Virus record (IMG/VR): IMGVR_UViG_3300045988_138376
From: a virus
DNA: 64,000 bases
Strand: one strand, 5' to 3'
Shown here: positions 49,608 to 61,316 of the stretch, piece after piece
Numbering within the stretch: position 1 is the stretch's first letter
Layout: every line of letters starts with the position of its first letter
Notes under the pieces: generated by a model
Told to the model about the DNA's origin: nothing
The model's input: the letters and a program-made list of their open reading frames with translations, nothing else
Database searches by the model: none
Translations under genes and position numbers: made by a program

Positions 49608-52600
49608 CATTTTACTGACAGTATACACTTATGTAGATGGGGTTTCTGATACTCCGTTTCCTAATGCGGAAAATCCGTTAAAAATCAAATATACTTATAA
49701 TGCTCAACGAATGGGGAGCAGTTCTTTAACAGCTACGGCAATGTATCCGACTTGCCTTGATGATCTATGGGTAAGTGGGAAACAATACGTAGATTTCAAA
49801 GGAGAACGATATTTCATTGTAAAAACACCGTCTTCTTCAAAGAGTAACGACGATGTTAGATATAAACATGAATTAGAGTTCTTATCCGGCAGAAGTGTAT
49901 TGGATAATGTGTATGTATATGACGTGGTTACTGGTGACGCGGGGAGCACAGACCGTTATGTAAGCAATAGCACAAAAGTTCTTTTTTATGGCGATATTCA
50001 GGAATTTGTAGCAAGACTTAACTTCTCTCTTGAATATAGTAATTTAGCATATCGAATTGTCATAGATGAAGGTATTACTTCCGAAGCAAAACAAGTTTCT
50101 TTGGAGAATGTGTTTTTTAGTAATGCTTTGCAAGAAATATTCAATATATTTGAATTGCCTTTTTACTTTGTCGGAACAACGATTCATGTCGGATTCACGA
50201 ACAATGCAATCACGCATACATTCAAATACGGAAAGGATTTCGAACTCTTATCTGTAAGCAAAACTAATGCTAACTATAAAATAACCAATAGAGTTACAGG
50301 TACAGGTAGTTCCGATAATATTCAATTCTATTATCCGAATCCGAGCAACGATAGAAAAGCCATAGAAGAAGCAGGAGGTACATGGATTACTCCTTCACAA
50401 GTATTAATGCCTCCAATATATAGGCAGACAAATGGAGCAGAACGTTTTTATAATGCTTTAAATAATAAATATATTAATCCTGATACAGGTGATTATTATA
50501 CCTTTGAGAATCTTTATTTGCCGACAAATCCCAAAGAGCAAATAGTCGACTTCTCTTATATCAAGCCAAGTATTAAAAATGCCTTAAATAAAGCTGGTGT
50601 AAGAATGGATATGATTAAAGCAATCGCCTTTGATCAGAACGACGATGATTCAATAAACAAAGACACTGGTGAATATGTTCACTCTTACTTTTATGTTAAA
50701 CTAAATAAGTTTGACGGAGACTTTGGTTTTAACTTATTTGATCAAGCTTTAGTCGGCAGTGATGCAACTGTCTCGATGACAAGTGGAGCTTGTGGGGCTT
50801 GTAATTTCCAAATTGGAGTAACAGAGATTACACAAGAAGGGAAACAAGTATTCAGAAATCCTGTTCAAGTCGATAGTAAAGGCGATATTGTTCCTGGTGA
50901 TTATGCACAAAAGGTTAATGTAAACAATCTGCAACCACAGCAGCAAAATACAATGACCAATGAAGTATGGATTGCGCTCAAAAAGGATAATACTACATTT
51001 GGTATCGTAATGCCTAATGCAGGTAATAATATAAAACCAAGTGTCGGAGATAGCTTTGTCTTTTTGAATATTGATATGCCACAAGCCTATATAACGAAGG
51101 CTGAAAAGGAATTAGAAGAAGCTATCATTAAATATATGGCAAATAATAATAGGGAAAAGTTTACCTTCTCTATTAAATTGAGTCGTATTTTTTTAGCTGA
51201 AAATCCGAGCATTGGTAATCTGTTAAACGAGAATGCGCGTATAGATTTAGAATATAATGGGCAGTTCCATCAATTGTATGTTTCTAACTATACACTGAAG
51301 GTTGATGAAAATGTATTGCCCGAAATTTCAATTCAGTTAACAGATACTCTGACCATTGGAAAGAACTCTCTTCAAACTGCTATTGACGGAGTAAAACAAG
51401 ATATAATGAACTCTATCGGAAGTGTGGATTTCCTAAAACAAGGATTGAAATACTTTTTGAGAAAAGACACCAGTGATTACGCAAGAGACTTCATTACTTT
51501 TTTGCGCGGATTAAAAGTTGGTTCTTATACCGAAGGAGGCAATAGCGGAGGTATTTTCGCTGTTGATGCAAATGGAAAAACTTACATCGAAACAGACATG
51601 TTGAAAGTACGTGCAAAAGCGTATTTTGAGACATTGGAAATAATCAACACGAATAGTATCGGAGGCAGACAGATAATCACTCCTGGCGGAAGTATAACCT
51701 GTAATAAAGTTGTTGAAGGAGATACTTATTACCGTTGTTATTTCGTGAACGATGCAGATAATACACCAATTGAAAACAGGTTTAAGGTAGATGACCAAGC
51801 TCTATCGCAAGACTTCAACATCAAAGAGGGTATTTATGAAAATGTATCAAATCATTATTATTGGAGAAAGGTTGTAGCCATTGGTGATGATTATATTGAT
51901 TTATCTAAGACGGATGCTGATGTAAGCAGTGATGTGCCCAAAGCAGGGGACGTTATTTGTCAATTAGGTAACAAGACAGATAAAACTCGCCAAAATGCTA
52001 TTATATTCTCTGCTGTAGACTTTTATTCTCCAAGTATTACTTTATACGCTGGCATTGATAACTATTCCTACGTGAACAAAGAATATGTTTCTTATGGCGT
52101 TGACAAGACAACAAATGAAGCCTTCTTTAATGTTTACGGACGAATGTATGTAGGAGATAGGAACAAGACTTCTTACATGCAATATAGCGAAAAGGACGGT
52201 TTGCAAATTAAGGGTAAATTGCAGATTGGAACAACCATTGGATCTGGGCAAACGGTAGAAGACGCATTAGAACAAACTAAAAATGACGCTATAGCTGGTG
52301 CAAAAGAAAATCTGGATGAATTTGCAACGATAGTCAATGGCAGCTTAGGAGATTTACAGGATCAAATAGATGGGGCTATTGAAACTTGGTTTTACGACCC
52401 AGTGCCAACACTAACAAATCAACCTGCTGTAAATTGGACTACTGATAAAGACAAAAATACGCATTTAGGAGACTTATATTATGATGGTAATGGGAAAGCC
52501 TATAGATTCCAATTAACAGGCACAACGTATGAATGGAAAGTACTTACAGATAGCGATATTACTAAAGCTTTAGCAGATGCCAAGAAAGCGCAAGACACAG

Positions 52601-55600
52601 CCGATAGTAAACGAAAAATCTTTGTACGTCAACCATTAGACACTGAAACGTATGAAGTCGGGGATCTTTGGGTGAATGCTACTTTTAGTACTACTTATTC
52701 CAATGATGTCCTTCGATGCAAAACAGCTAAAGCAGCAGGAATATCTTTTTCTATCAACCATTGGGAAAAGGCTTCTAAATATACTGATGATCAAGCGGCT
52801 TTAGAAGCACAAAGATTAGCTAAAGCGGCACAAGCAGATGTCGATCAAGCCAAGCGAGATATAAATGGATTAGATGGAGAAGTAGACGGATTGCGCAACT
52901 TCACAGATCAAGCTTTTAAAGACGGAGTAATTGATAGAAGTGAAGCTACTGCAATAGCCAAATATCTTAATAATATCGAAACTTCGCAGAAAGATGTAAG
53001 CCAAAGTTTCGCGAAGGTGTACAATAATCCATTATTATCGGGAATAGCTAAGACGAATCTCAACAATGCAAATATTGCCTTTAATACTGCTGCAACAGAT
53101 TTGATTTCAACGATTAGATCGGCTATTGCAGATGGCATAACTACAAATACAGAGAAAGCCGCAGTTGATGATAAATATTCTGTATTTAATACTAAATATG
53201 GAGATTATATCGCGTATTTAAATGAAGCCAATAAGTTTATTCAAGACCAAATAAAGACTACGGCTGATAATGCTTTACAAAAAGCGGTTGACTTAGATTA
53301 TCTTAAACAAGCCTTTACAGAAAAGACTACGATTACTGATGGTATCGTTCAAACTTCTATTTTAGCATTGGGGTATACCGATGGTAGCTCTTATAAGATA
53401 ATGAGTGGATCGAATGGTATATATAATTCCTCTAAAATAGGCGGAGGTATCGCATCTTGGTGGGGTGGTTCAATGAAAGACCGCAATGATTACACTTCCG
53501 AGAATATGCCCGCTGATGTAGCCAAAGGACTTGTTCGATTTGACGGTACAGGATATTTCGCTAATGGCAATTTATGGTGGGATAATAATGGTAAGCTTCA
53601 TGCAGATCCTTTATCCTTCTTTGTTGGCCCGGAAAATGTTGGTGACTTATTATCTATATTCCAAATTGTAAAATCTGGGACTTCCATAAATTATGTAGTT
53701 CCTCGCTATCCATTTCAAAAATTATCAATTTCAAGTTACTTGGAATTAGGCAGTGGCTATCGTATAAAGGTGGACGAAGCTAATAATGCGATATACGTTG
53801 AAAAAGATGGAGGAGGTATTGTCAATTTCTATGCGACTGGTGGTATTACTGCTTTAGGCGTTGGGACTAAATCCCCACAGACAATATTAGATGCTCTCCC
53901 CATTGATACTAATACATTAAGTAAAGAAGGCGGTAAACTAACGGTGATTGGCGGAGGAAGTGGCGGCAATACAGGGGCTATTTCTCTAAATGGACAGAGA
54001 TACGAATCGGTGGATGGTGTAATTACTCTGCCTAATTTAAAACTCGCTGAACCTACTACTTTTAGACTTGCTCCAAGCGGAAATATAGCTGTAGGATCTG
54101 TAGGTAGAACTGGAAGTTATGAGTTTTGGGATTCGGATACTGGATTTGCCTTAATCAGAGGTAAAGGTTTTGCTACTGAAAGAGGTACTGCTTCTCAATT
54201 CCTCAAAGCAGATGGGAGTGTGGATGGGAATTTGTATGCTTTAGCGTATAAAGGGAATCAGAATAAAGTACAATATTCAAGATATACTGATTATCTTAAA
54301 ACAGTAGATGGAAGAAATCAGGTTTATACTCCTAATATTATTGAAAATAGTTCTTTAAGTTCTTATTTTACTATTCAAGATACACCTTATGCTAACTGGA
54401 GAAGTACAATAAGTGTAAAAGGTTGGAGTTCAGATTATGCAACATGGGAATTAACAGGCCCAAGTCATAATGATGATACTAAAGCTAATGAAAGACTTTA
54501 TTATAGATATGGGTTTAAAAGTAGTTGGACAACAAGTTGGAAACCATTAGCTTTTCTTGAAGATATTGACCCTGTTGGTAAAGTTTATTTTGATAATCAA
54601 GATATTTATGTAGATTATGGTTATTGGGTAGTAGGACTTTGTAAACTTACTCCAACTACAACAGAAGCAGGAATTAATGGAGTTATGTACTATAATAGAA
54701 GAAATGGTATTTATGCAAATGGTTCTGTTCAATTTAGTATTCAGAAAAAATATAATACTTCAAATGCTTATGTAGGAGTTCTATATAATGGTTATGGAAT
54801 AGAGATCGATAGTTACGCTCCTAAACCATGTACTTTTACTTATGGAGGAGTTAAATATTGTGGTTTTAAATGGACTTCTGCTGCAAGTTTAAATACTATT
54901 AAAACTATTATACACGAAACATGGGGTAACGATGTTCCTTTCTATGTATTATATGCAAGAAGTAGTGGGTCTAATGTAATCAACTCTGAAATTAAAAATT
55001 CAGTTGTTGAGTTAGGTTCTGATATAGATACTAAACCTATATGTACAACTGGCAGAATATACATATCTGATGATAGAATTGAGATTAATAATATACGTAA
55101 TGGTTGGGCATATACAAGATATAGAACAAATGGAAGATTTTTTGATGTAGGTCTAAGTGGAACTACTGCTGGAATGGACGGTGCTGGTAATTTTGAAATT
55201 AGATCTGATGGAAGTGATAAAGGAATCTTTGTTAGATATAGTGGTTCAAGCTATGGTAAATTAGGAGTAGTATCTAAAGATACACAAGAATGTAGTATTT
55301 CTTATTTTAATAGCACTAATACCAATACTTATCCTTTATGGACTGTTGGAGTTGGAATTAGAAATCCATATTCATTTGATTGGTTTTATCACAATCAAGG
55401 ATATAAGATGACTCTTGATTCAGAAGGTAAGCTGTTTGTTAATAGAAGAAGTGGAGATGCACCAAGTATTAGTTTAGCTATTGGAGATAATGACACTGGT
55501 TTAAATTGGAATTCCGATGGGCATATTAAATTTTATGCTAATAATTTATCTGTAGGTTATTGGAATATTAATGACGCTAACCTTCATAATTGTTATTTTA

Positions 55601-57165
55601 GAAATCCAACAAACAATGATTATAATGGATTAGCTCTTATGGTTAATGGAAATGGAACAGCTAATACAGTTAAGCCAGGTATAGGTTTTCACCAACCTGG
55701 AGTATACGCTAATTCCTTAAGGTCTGATGGAGCTGGAGACTTTAGATTCTGCGTTCAAGGAGGTTCAGTAGGTTGTACTGTTCAGGCTGCTATTTTTTAC
55801 GCTAATGGAGGCTGGTTATACAGTAATGTTAATGGTTGCGAAGTTAGAATTGGCTCACAGAATACAGGTTATGTACATATTACTAATAATGCTAATAGAA
55901 TTTACTATTTTGATAATAGAATTGATGTATCTGGAGCTGTAGTTCCATATGATCATAATGCTTTAACGTTAGGAACTTCTGATAAATATTGGGCTGGTGC
56001 ATATATTAGTAAAGTATATGGAGGTGCAAACTGGGCTGATTATACCACTAATGCTTATATAGGTGGACGACAATTTAATCCTCAAACTTATTTTGGAAAT
56101 AACAGCATGGGTCTTAGAGTTGCAATGACTGGAGTTTCTACTAATGGGGCTTATTGGTCAGATACTATATGGATTAATGGTTATTATGGAGCAGATGTGC
56201 CTTCCTGTAATGCTTTACATTTTCCAAGAGATGGTTCTTCTGAAATGTATATAAGTTCTCAAACTTATAATGCTACAAGTTATGGTACAAGATATAGATT
56301 TTGGTCATCTAAGAATAGTAATAAATCAGATGTAGATTGGACTTGTAGAGGTCTTAGTGCACATGCAAGAATAGGTACTACTGCTGATATTTATTCAGCT
56401 TCTTGGGTGAGAACAGGAGGACAAACTGGTTGGTATTCTGAAACCTATGGAGGTGGTATCTATATGAATGATTCAGATCAGGTTCAAATATACGGTAATA
56501 AAATATTTTATAATAGCGGATATAGAGGTTGGGGTATTGGTGGGCATTTCGTTGCTCTTAAATTATATAATGCAAGTCATATTGGGCTTAATCTTGCTAA
56601 TAATTCCTATACTTGGGGTATATATTCTAACAGTGATGGAAATATGTATATAGGTAGACGAGATGGAAATGTAAATAATTCCAGTGGTAGTTATGTAGTA
56701 ACACTTGGCTATTCTACTTTATCAATGTCTGGCAATATAGTTGCTACTGGTGGAATTACTGCAAAAACTACTTCTGATATGCGATTAAAAAATAGAGTCG
56801 GTCAAACAGATTATGCAAAAAAATTGTTGTCTTTGGGACTGGTATTTGATTATATCTATAATGACACAGCTCAATCACGAATTGGGAAAATGGTAGATGA
56901 TAAAAGACATATTGGTCTAAGCTACCAAGCTGTGTCTAAGGTATTGCCTGCTATATGTGGTAAAGATGATGATGGTTATGGTTATATCAATTATATAAGT
57001 CCTGATTTTATTTCTTTGATTGCTGGTGCGACTCAATTAAACACATTAGGTATTAAGGAATTGTATAAAAAGACTAATAGTATTGAAGATGAAATAAAGA
57101 AATTGAAAAAGGAGAATGAATGCTTAAAGAAAGAGATTAATAAGTTGAAAAGGGAGTATAGATAA
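49597..57165 (+). CDS. giant tail fibre / host-specificity protein with C-terminal S74 intramolecular chaperone domain
   Basis: 2522 aa, with a 'GTASQFLKADGS' fibre linker. The C-terminus 'TTSDMRLKNRV...HIGLSYQAVSKVLP...YINYISPDFISLIAGATQ' plus a coiled coil matches the Peptidase_S74 pattern. Confidence 0.85.
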   Translation: MSNNILLTVYTYVDGVSDTPFPNAENPLKIKYTYNAQRMGSSSLTATAMYPTCLDDLWVSGKQYVDFKGERYFIVKTPSSSKSNDDVRYKHELEFLSGRSVLDNVYVYDVVTGDAGSTDRYVSNSTKVLFYGDIQEFVARLNFSLEYSNLAYRIVIDEGITSEAKQVSLENVFFSNALQEIFNIFELPFYFVGTTIHVGFTNNAITHTFKYGKDFELLSVSKTNANYKITNRVTGTGSSDNIQFYYPNPSNDRKAIEEAGGTWITPSQVLMPPIYRQTNGAERFYNALNNKYINPDTGDYYTFENLYLPTNPKEQIVDFSYIKPSIKNALNKAGVRMDMIKAIAFDQNDDDSINKDTGEYVHSYFYVKLNKFDGDFGFNLFDQALVGSDATVSMTSGACGACNFQIGVTEITQEGKQVFRNPVQVDSKGDIVPGDYAQKVNVNNLQPQQQNTMTNEVWIALKKDNTTFGIVMPNAGNNIKPSVGDSFVFLNIDMPQAYITKAEKELEEAIIKYMANNNREKFTFSIKLSRIFLAENPSIGNLLNENARIDLEYNGQFHQLYVSNYTLKVDENVLPEISIQLTDTLTIGKNSLQTAIDGVKQDIMNSIGSVDFLKQGLKYFLRKDTSDYARDFITFLRGLKVGSYTEGGNSGGIFAVDANGKTYIETDMLKVRAKAYFETLEIINTNSIGGRQIITPGGSITCNKVVEGDTYYRCYFVNDADNTPIENRFKVDDQALSQDFNIKEGIYENVSNHYYWRKVVAIGDDYIDLSKTDADVSSDVPKAGDVICQLGNKTDKTRQNAIIFSAVDFYSPSITLYAGIDNYSYVNKEYVSYGVDKTTNEAFFNVYGRMYVGDRNKTSYMQYSEKDGLQIKGKLQIGTTIGSGQTVEDALEQTKNDAIAGAKENLDEFATIVNGSLGDLQDQIDGAIETWFYDPVPTLTNQPAVNWTTDKDKNTHLGDLYYDGNGKAYRFQLTGTTYEWKVLTDSDITKALADAKKAQDTADSKRKIFVRQPLDTETYEVGDLWVNATFSTTYSNDVLRCKTAKAAGISFSINHWEKASKYTDDQAALEAQRLAKAAQADVDQAKRDINGLDGEVDGLRNFTDQAFKDGVIDRSEATAIAKYLNNIETSQKDVSQSFAKVYNNPLLSGIAKTNLNNANIAFNTAATDLISTIRSAIADGITTNTEKAAVDDKYSVFNTKYGDYIAYLNEANKFIQDQIKTTADNALQKAVDLDYLKQAFTEKTTITDGIVQTSILALGYTDGSSYKIMSGSNGIYNSSKIGGGIASWWGGSMKDRNDYTSENMPADVAKGLVRFDGTGYFANGNLWWDNNGKLHADPLSFFVGPENVGDLLSIFQIVKSGTSINYVVPRYPFQKLSISSYLELGSGYRIKVDEANNAIYVEKDGGGIVNFYATGGITALGVGTKSPQTILDALPIDTNTLSKEGGKLTVIGGGSGGNTGAISLNGQRYESVDGVITLPNLKLAEPTTFRLAPSGNIAVGSVGRTGSYEFWDSDTGFALIRGKGFATERGTASQFLKADGSVDGNLYALAYKGNQNKVQYSRYTDYLKTVDGRNQVYTPNIIENSSLSSYFTIQDTPYANWRSTISVKGWSSDYATWELTGPSHNDDTKANERLYYRYGFKSSWTTSWKPLAFLEDIDPVGKVYFDNQDIYVDYGYWVVGLCKLTPTTTEAGINGVMYYNRRNGIYANGSVQFSIQKKYNTSNAYVGVLYNGYGIEIDSYAPKPCTFTYGGVKYCGFKWTSAASLNTIKTIIHETWGNDVPFYVLYARSSGSNVINSEIKNSVVELGSDIDTKPICTTGRIYISDDRIEINNIRNGWAYTRYRTNGRFFDVGLSGTTAGMDGAGNFEIRSDGSDKGIFVRYSGSSYGKLGVVSKDTQECSISYFNSTNTNTYPLWTVGVGIRNPYSFDWFYHNQGYKMTLDSEGKLFVNRRSGDAPSISLAIGDNDTGLNWNSDGHIKFYANNLSVGYWNINDANLHNCYFRNPTNNDYNGLALMVNGNGTANTVKPGIGFHQPGVYANSLRSDGAGDFRFCVQGGSVGCTVQAAIFYANGGWLYSNVNGCEVRIGSQNTGYVHITNNANRIYYFDNRIDVSGAVVPYDHNALTLGTSDKYWAGAYISKVYGGANWADYTTNAYIGGRQFNPQTYFGNNSMGLRVAMTGVSTNGAYWSDTIWINGYYGADVPSCNALHFPRDGSSEMYISSQTYNATSYGTRYRFWSSKNSNKSDVDWTCRGLSAHARIGTTADIYSASWVRTGGQTGWYSETYGGGIYMNDSDQVQIYGNKIFYNSGYRGWGIGGHFVALKLYNASHIGLNLANNSYTWGIYSNSDGNMYIGRRDGNVNNSSGSYVVTLGYSTLSMSGNIVATGGITAKTTSDMRLKNRVGQTDYAKKLLSLGLVFDYIYNDTAQSRIGKMVDDKRHIGLSYQAVSKVLPAICGKDDDGYGYINYISPDFISLIAGATQLNTLGIKELYKKTNSIEDEIKKLKKENECLKKEINKLKREYR

Positions 57166-57200
57166 GTCTATACTCCTTTGGAAGTTAGGAGCGAATTTAT

Positions 57201-57208
57201 TATTTTTG
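57201..57208 (+). promoter_or_regulatory. possible -7 box TATTTTTG
   Basis: Lies 38 nt upstream of the ATG at 57247. Confidence 0.35.
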
Positions 57209-57246
57209 CATTGAAACAATAACTAATTAAAAAAAAATGACGAGAT

Positions 57247-57465
57247 ATGAAAAATCTATTTAGATCTTACAAGGATTGGAGAGACAAAAAGTTTATTGAA
57301 CGTATTGACAGAGTTTACTTCAATAAGGATAAAGACGAAAATCTTTATGTAAAAGGCAATGTCGTTGTTGAAGGCAAAGTTTTGTATTATGGAAATGCTC
57401 CCGAAGCAAACGAGGTAGAAGGATTCAAAACCAGACGTTCTGTTAGCAAAAAGAAGTCGAAATGA
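57247..57465 (+). CDS. hypothetical protein
   Basis: 72-aa ORF with a basic tail that overlaps the next start. Confidence 0.5.
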   Translation: MKNLFRSYKDWRDKKFIERIDRVYFNKDKDENLYVKGNVVVEGKVLYYGNAPEANEVEGFKTRRSVSKKKSK

Positions 57466-58694
57466 GCAATAGTAACGGAAAGATTACTGCACCTGTTTCG
57501 ATAGAAAGCGATATAGTGCCAGTATTAGGCGAAACAACTTATAAGCTGGAAGACCTATGCCGTAGTAGTAAGATTAACAAATGGAGCTATATCAAACCGA
57601 TACAAGATTCCAATCCCGTAGAATGTTCTTTTTCTATTGCTAAATATAAAGAGTCCATTTCACGTGTTTTTGTATATGCCCCAAGTTCAACGATAAATTC
57701 TGCGGATTACGCATATTTGCCTCCACATTCAAACTTTAGAGCGACTGATTTTAACGGATATGATCATAACAGTTTTGCAGCTAAATGTGATGTAGCTGGT
57801 GCTCTTCCATCAAATATTGATTTTGATAATTGTTATTATAATATACCAATAGAATTAGGGTCAGGTGATTTATGGTCTAATCTATTAGTCTCAACACCCG
57901 GAGACAGATGGGAGAATGCTTTGTTGTTAGTATGCAAGAAAGGAAATATAACGCATACCTATAGAACATATAGGTTTAATAGATATGAGAATAAAGTAGT
58001 ATTAAGTTTAGGAGGCCCAGAGTATACCGATAAATCGGCTTACGAAAAGTTTAAAGCTATAGGAATTGCTGATTATACGGTAGATATAATGGCTATCGCA
58101 ATCCCGCAAACACATCCTGATAAGACTGATGGTTTTATAGAGATAACTAATTCTACAAATTATCAAGTTTATCCATTGACAAATATGGGTGGTAGAATAT
58201 GGAATCCTCTTAAAAAAGGAATTAGAATAAGTAATCCTAAACCAAGAACATTTTGGAAAGTTAGTGCTTATGATTTGGGAAATCAAACTGATGGTACTTA
58301 TATACCCGATGATGCTTTAATTGGAGGAGATCTAATGGGTATTAGAGCAGATGGAGGAGGTATAGACTTGTGGTATGAACCGAATGGTATTCCCTTCTCG
58401 GAGTTTATAAAAGGGCCTGGAAGTGGAATTGGTGGAATCGTTGCACAAGGATCAGTTGTTACAACAGGTGTATATACTAAAATGAAAGGCAATCTTAATA
58501 TATATTATTATCAGTTTAGAAGTGGAGGATTAACAAGGCCTGTTATTGTGAGCCATGGGACAGGAGGAGTAGTCTCTTGGCTCTCAAGAAATGTTAATAT
58601 TAAATTTGACAATTTATCTATGGGAACAGGAGGTACAACTAACAGTATAACTGCAAGTTTTTATTTTGTAGACCCAGACTTTAGACCGCAATAA
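57462..58694 (+). CDS. tail-tip / receptor-binding-like protein, paralogue 1
   Basis: Its N-terminus 'MSNSNGKITAPVSIESDI..LG' and the motif 'FRATDFNGYDHN' are shared with ORF 58976. Confidence 0.55.
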   Translation: MSNSNGKITAPVSIESDIVPVLGETTYKLEDLCRSSKINKWSYIKPIQDSNPVECSFSIAKYKESISRVFVYAPSSTINSADYAYLPPHSNFRATDFNGYDHNSFAAKCDVAGALPSNIDFDNCYYNIPIELGSGDLWSNLLVSTPGDRWENALLLVCKKGNITHTYRTYRFNRYENKVVLSLGGPEYTDKSAYEKFKAIGIADYTVDIMAIAIPQTHPDKTDGFIEITNSTNYQVYPLTNMGGRIWNPLKKGIRISNPKPRTFWKVSAYDLGNQTDGTYIPDDALIGGDLMGIRADGGGIDLWYEPNGIPFSEFIKGPGSGIGGIVAQGSVVTTGVYTKMKGNLNIYYYQFRSGGLTRPVIVSHGTGGVVSWLSRNVNIKFDNLSMGTGGTTNSITASFYFVDPDFRPQ

Positions 58695-58697
58695 AAA

Positions 58698-58975
<278 letters not shown>

Positions 58976-58979
<4 letters not shown>

Positions 58980-60133
58980 GTATATCAAATGGATTAATAA
59001 TAGCTCCCGTTGGAGTCCATGATGATATTCCACAAACCTTAGGAATAAGTAGCACAGATGTAGGTACTCAATGTGTTTCTGATAATGTTAATATGTGGAC
59101 TGACAGACATCCTGTCGTTTATGATAGCATAGCTCCACTTAGTGAAGAACAGTTTAAATCTGTACATTATGGTTTTGAAAATGTAGCAATAATACAGCCA
59201 ACTCTTTCTAATTTAACAACTAAATCTATGTATTATAGACAACCTATATCAGGAACCAATGCTTGGTATTATAGAGCTTCAGATTTTGATGGATATAATC
59301 ATAATGCTAAACCTATATTTCAATTTTCTTTTCCTGCTAATATATCTCCAGATTCAGCAGTTATAATTAATATAAATGATTTAATATTTGAATCCTCTAC
59401 TTCTGGACAATTATCTATTGATAAAATAATAGGTAATGGGAAGAAGAATCAGTTAGGTGTAGCTATATTTAGTAGAAGCTGGCAAAAAGGATATTATAAA
59501 ATATTTGGTAGAACAATTACTGGAGGTAAACTTCCTTTGTTCTTAGTAGATGATTCCTTAGATTGGGAAGGTAAATTAAGTAAAGATATAGCTATTTGTT
59601 TATTTATATCTGACAATACTTATTCTAATGAAAGACTTAAATGGAGAGAGGCTCCTGAATATAATATGAACTTCTATCCTGGTATTTCTAATACAAGAAG
59701 GAATAATGTTCCTGCTATGAAATACTATAATTTGTCTCAGTTTCCTATTCAAGGATATCTTCAATATTCTGTTGTTGGTAGTACTACTCCAAGAGTTAAT
59801 GATAATTCAGATAGTTATTATAATTATAGATTTACTATACATGATAAAGCATCTGCTGGATTAGCTACTTTAAAAACTTATAGCGTATCTATGGAAACTA
59901 TTGATTATAATGGAAACTTTAGAGTTGACCAATATGAAATAGGTAAAGGTATGGCTAATGTAATATCTGGTCCTGATGGTAGTGGGAATTACGTTATTAG
60001 TGTCCCATGTATGACCTTAGGTGGGAAATACTATATTGGCAAGACAGCTTATACTAATTGCTATATCTATAATACAACAACTGGGGCAAGTGCTGGAAAA
60101 TTATTGGAAATAACGTTAATTGGATCTGCTTAA
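58976..60133 (+). CDS. tail-tip / receptor-binding-like protein, paralogue 2
   Basis: 'MSISNGLIIAPVGVHDDI..LG' and 'YRASDFDGYNHN'. CpG-poor composition. Confidence 0.55.
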
Positions 60134-60264
60134 ACAGCTATACAAGCTACACAGCACGCTATTTAGGAGATGATTATAAGTCTGGCTCTATTTTATTTAG
60201 AGCAAAGTAGTTGTATATATACAAAAAAAGAAGTATCTTAGCAGCGAATTTTAAAAATATCAAT

Positions 60265-60624
60265 ATGACAACACCAGTAACAGTAACAGTGGAAAATGGA
60301 GATTTGGTTAGCGTTAAGAGAGCCAATGCCGCAGTAAATAGTGAGAGCTTGAAATTAGTAGGTTCTATTTTGGTAATCGCCACTAATAAAGTTCTCGAAT
60401 TTAGTGGAAATGTTCAATTAAAAGATTCACAAAACGTAATCGGAACTTTCCAATACAATAACAATGATGGTACAATGACGGCACCTGCCCCTGCGGGAAT
60501 GTATGAATCAGTAGTACGTATTACAAATGAAGCGTATGCCGATAAACAAGTTGAGGCAACCGAGGCTTTGTTGGCGGGAATTAAGAAATGGGGTGAAGCA
60601 ACAATTAATACAATATGTGAGTAA
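60265..60624 (+). CDS. hypothetical protein
   Basis: ATG at 60265 (MTTPVTVTVENG...). Confidence 0.55.
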   Translation: MTTPVTVTVENGDLVSVKRANAAVNSESLKLVGSILVIATNKVLEFSGNVQLKDSQNVIGTFQYNNNDGTMTAPAPAGMYESVVRITNEAYADKQVEATEALLAGIKKWGEATINTICE

Positions 60625-61238
60625 TGGAAAATACAGAAACTAAAAAAAGCGAGAATAAACTCGATAAAATTAAAAATAGTGAGATAGTTAAAAAGACATC
60701 ATTGATTAAGGCTTTATTGATCGCACATCAAGGGAAAGAACTTCCACGCGAATTGAAGACTAAAGTTATGATGACTCGAATCTATTATAATGGATTTTAT
60801 AAAAAATTCGAGGATGCCATTAAAGAAGCTACAGAAGGATTGAAGCCAGAGGGATTTGATAAAGAAAAAGAGGAAGTAAGTAATCTTCAAGAAAAGATTC
60901 AAAAACAATGCAATGATCTATCTTCTCTTACAGAAGAAATGCTAAAGAACATCTTAACTGATGAAGAATTTGATAAGCATAAGGCATTTATGGAAATGTA
61001 CAATAAGCATTGGAGAGATGTAGCAGATTTTAAATCTAAGAAGCTGAATGAAGAGGTTGAGGTAGAACAAAAGACTTTTACGCAAAAAGAATATGAAGAT
61101 TTAGTGAATGTCAATGTAGCTGATAACTATACTATCGAACAGGTGTTAACTGATTTTCAGGGGATGTCTATCACGACTGAAAAACAAATATCAACTACAG
61201 ATTTTCTTGAAATGATATACGAGAACTTTGTTTGTTAA
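60624..61238 (+). CDS. hypothetical charged helical protein
   Basis: 204-aa ORF. Confidence 0.55.
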   Translation: MENTETKKSENKLDKIKNSEIVKKTSLIKALLIAHQGKELPRELKTKVMMTRIYYNGFYKKFEDAIKEATEGLKPEGFDKEKEEVSNLQEKIQKQCNDLSSLTEEMLKNILTDEEFDKHKAFMEMYNKHWRDVADFKSKKLNEEVEVEQKTFTQKEYEDLVNVNVADNYTIEQVLTDFQGMSITTEKQISTTDFLEMIYENFVC

Positions 61239-61284
61239 TTGTGTCATGTAAGTTTGTTTTTAATTTTCAGGTATTAGTTGTTTT

Positions 61285-61313
61285 CAAGGGGAAGTTTTCT
61301 TCCCCTTGTTTTG
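61285..61313. terminator. bidirectional rho-independent terminator
   Basis: Perfect 10-bp stem CAAGGGGAAG/CTTCCCCTTG with a TTTT loop, followed by TTTTGTTT, between convergent genes. Confidence 0.8.
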
Positions 61314-61316
61314 TTT

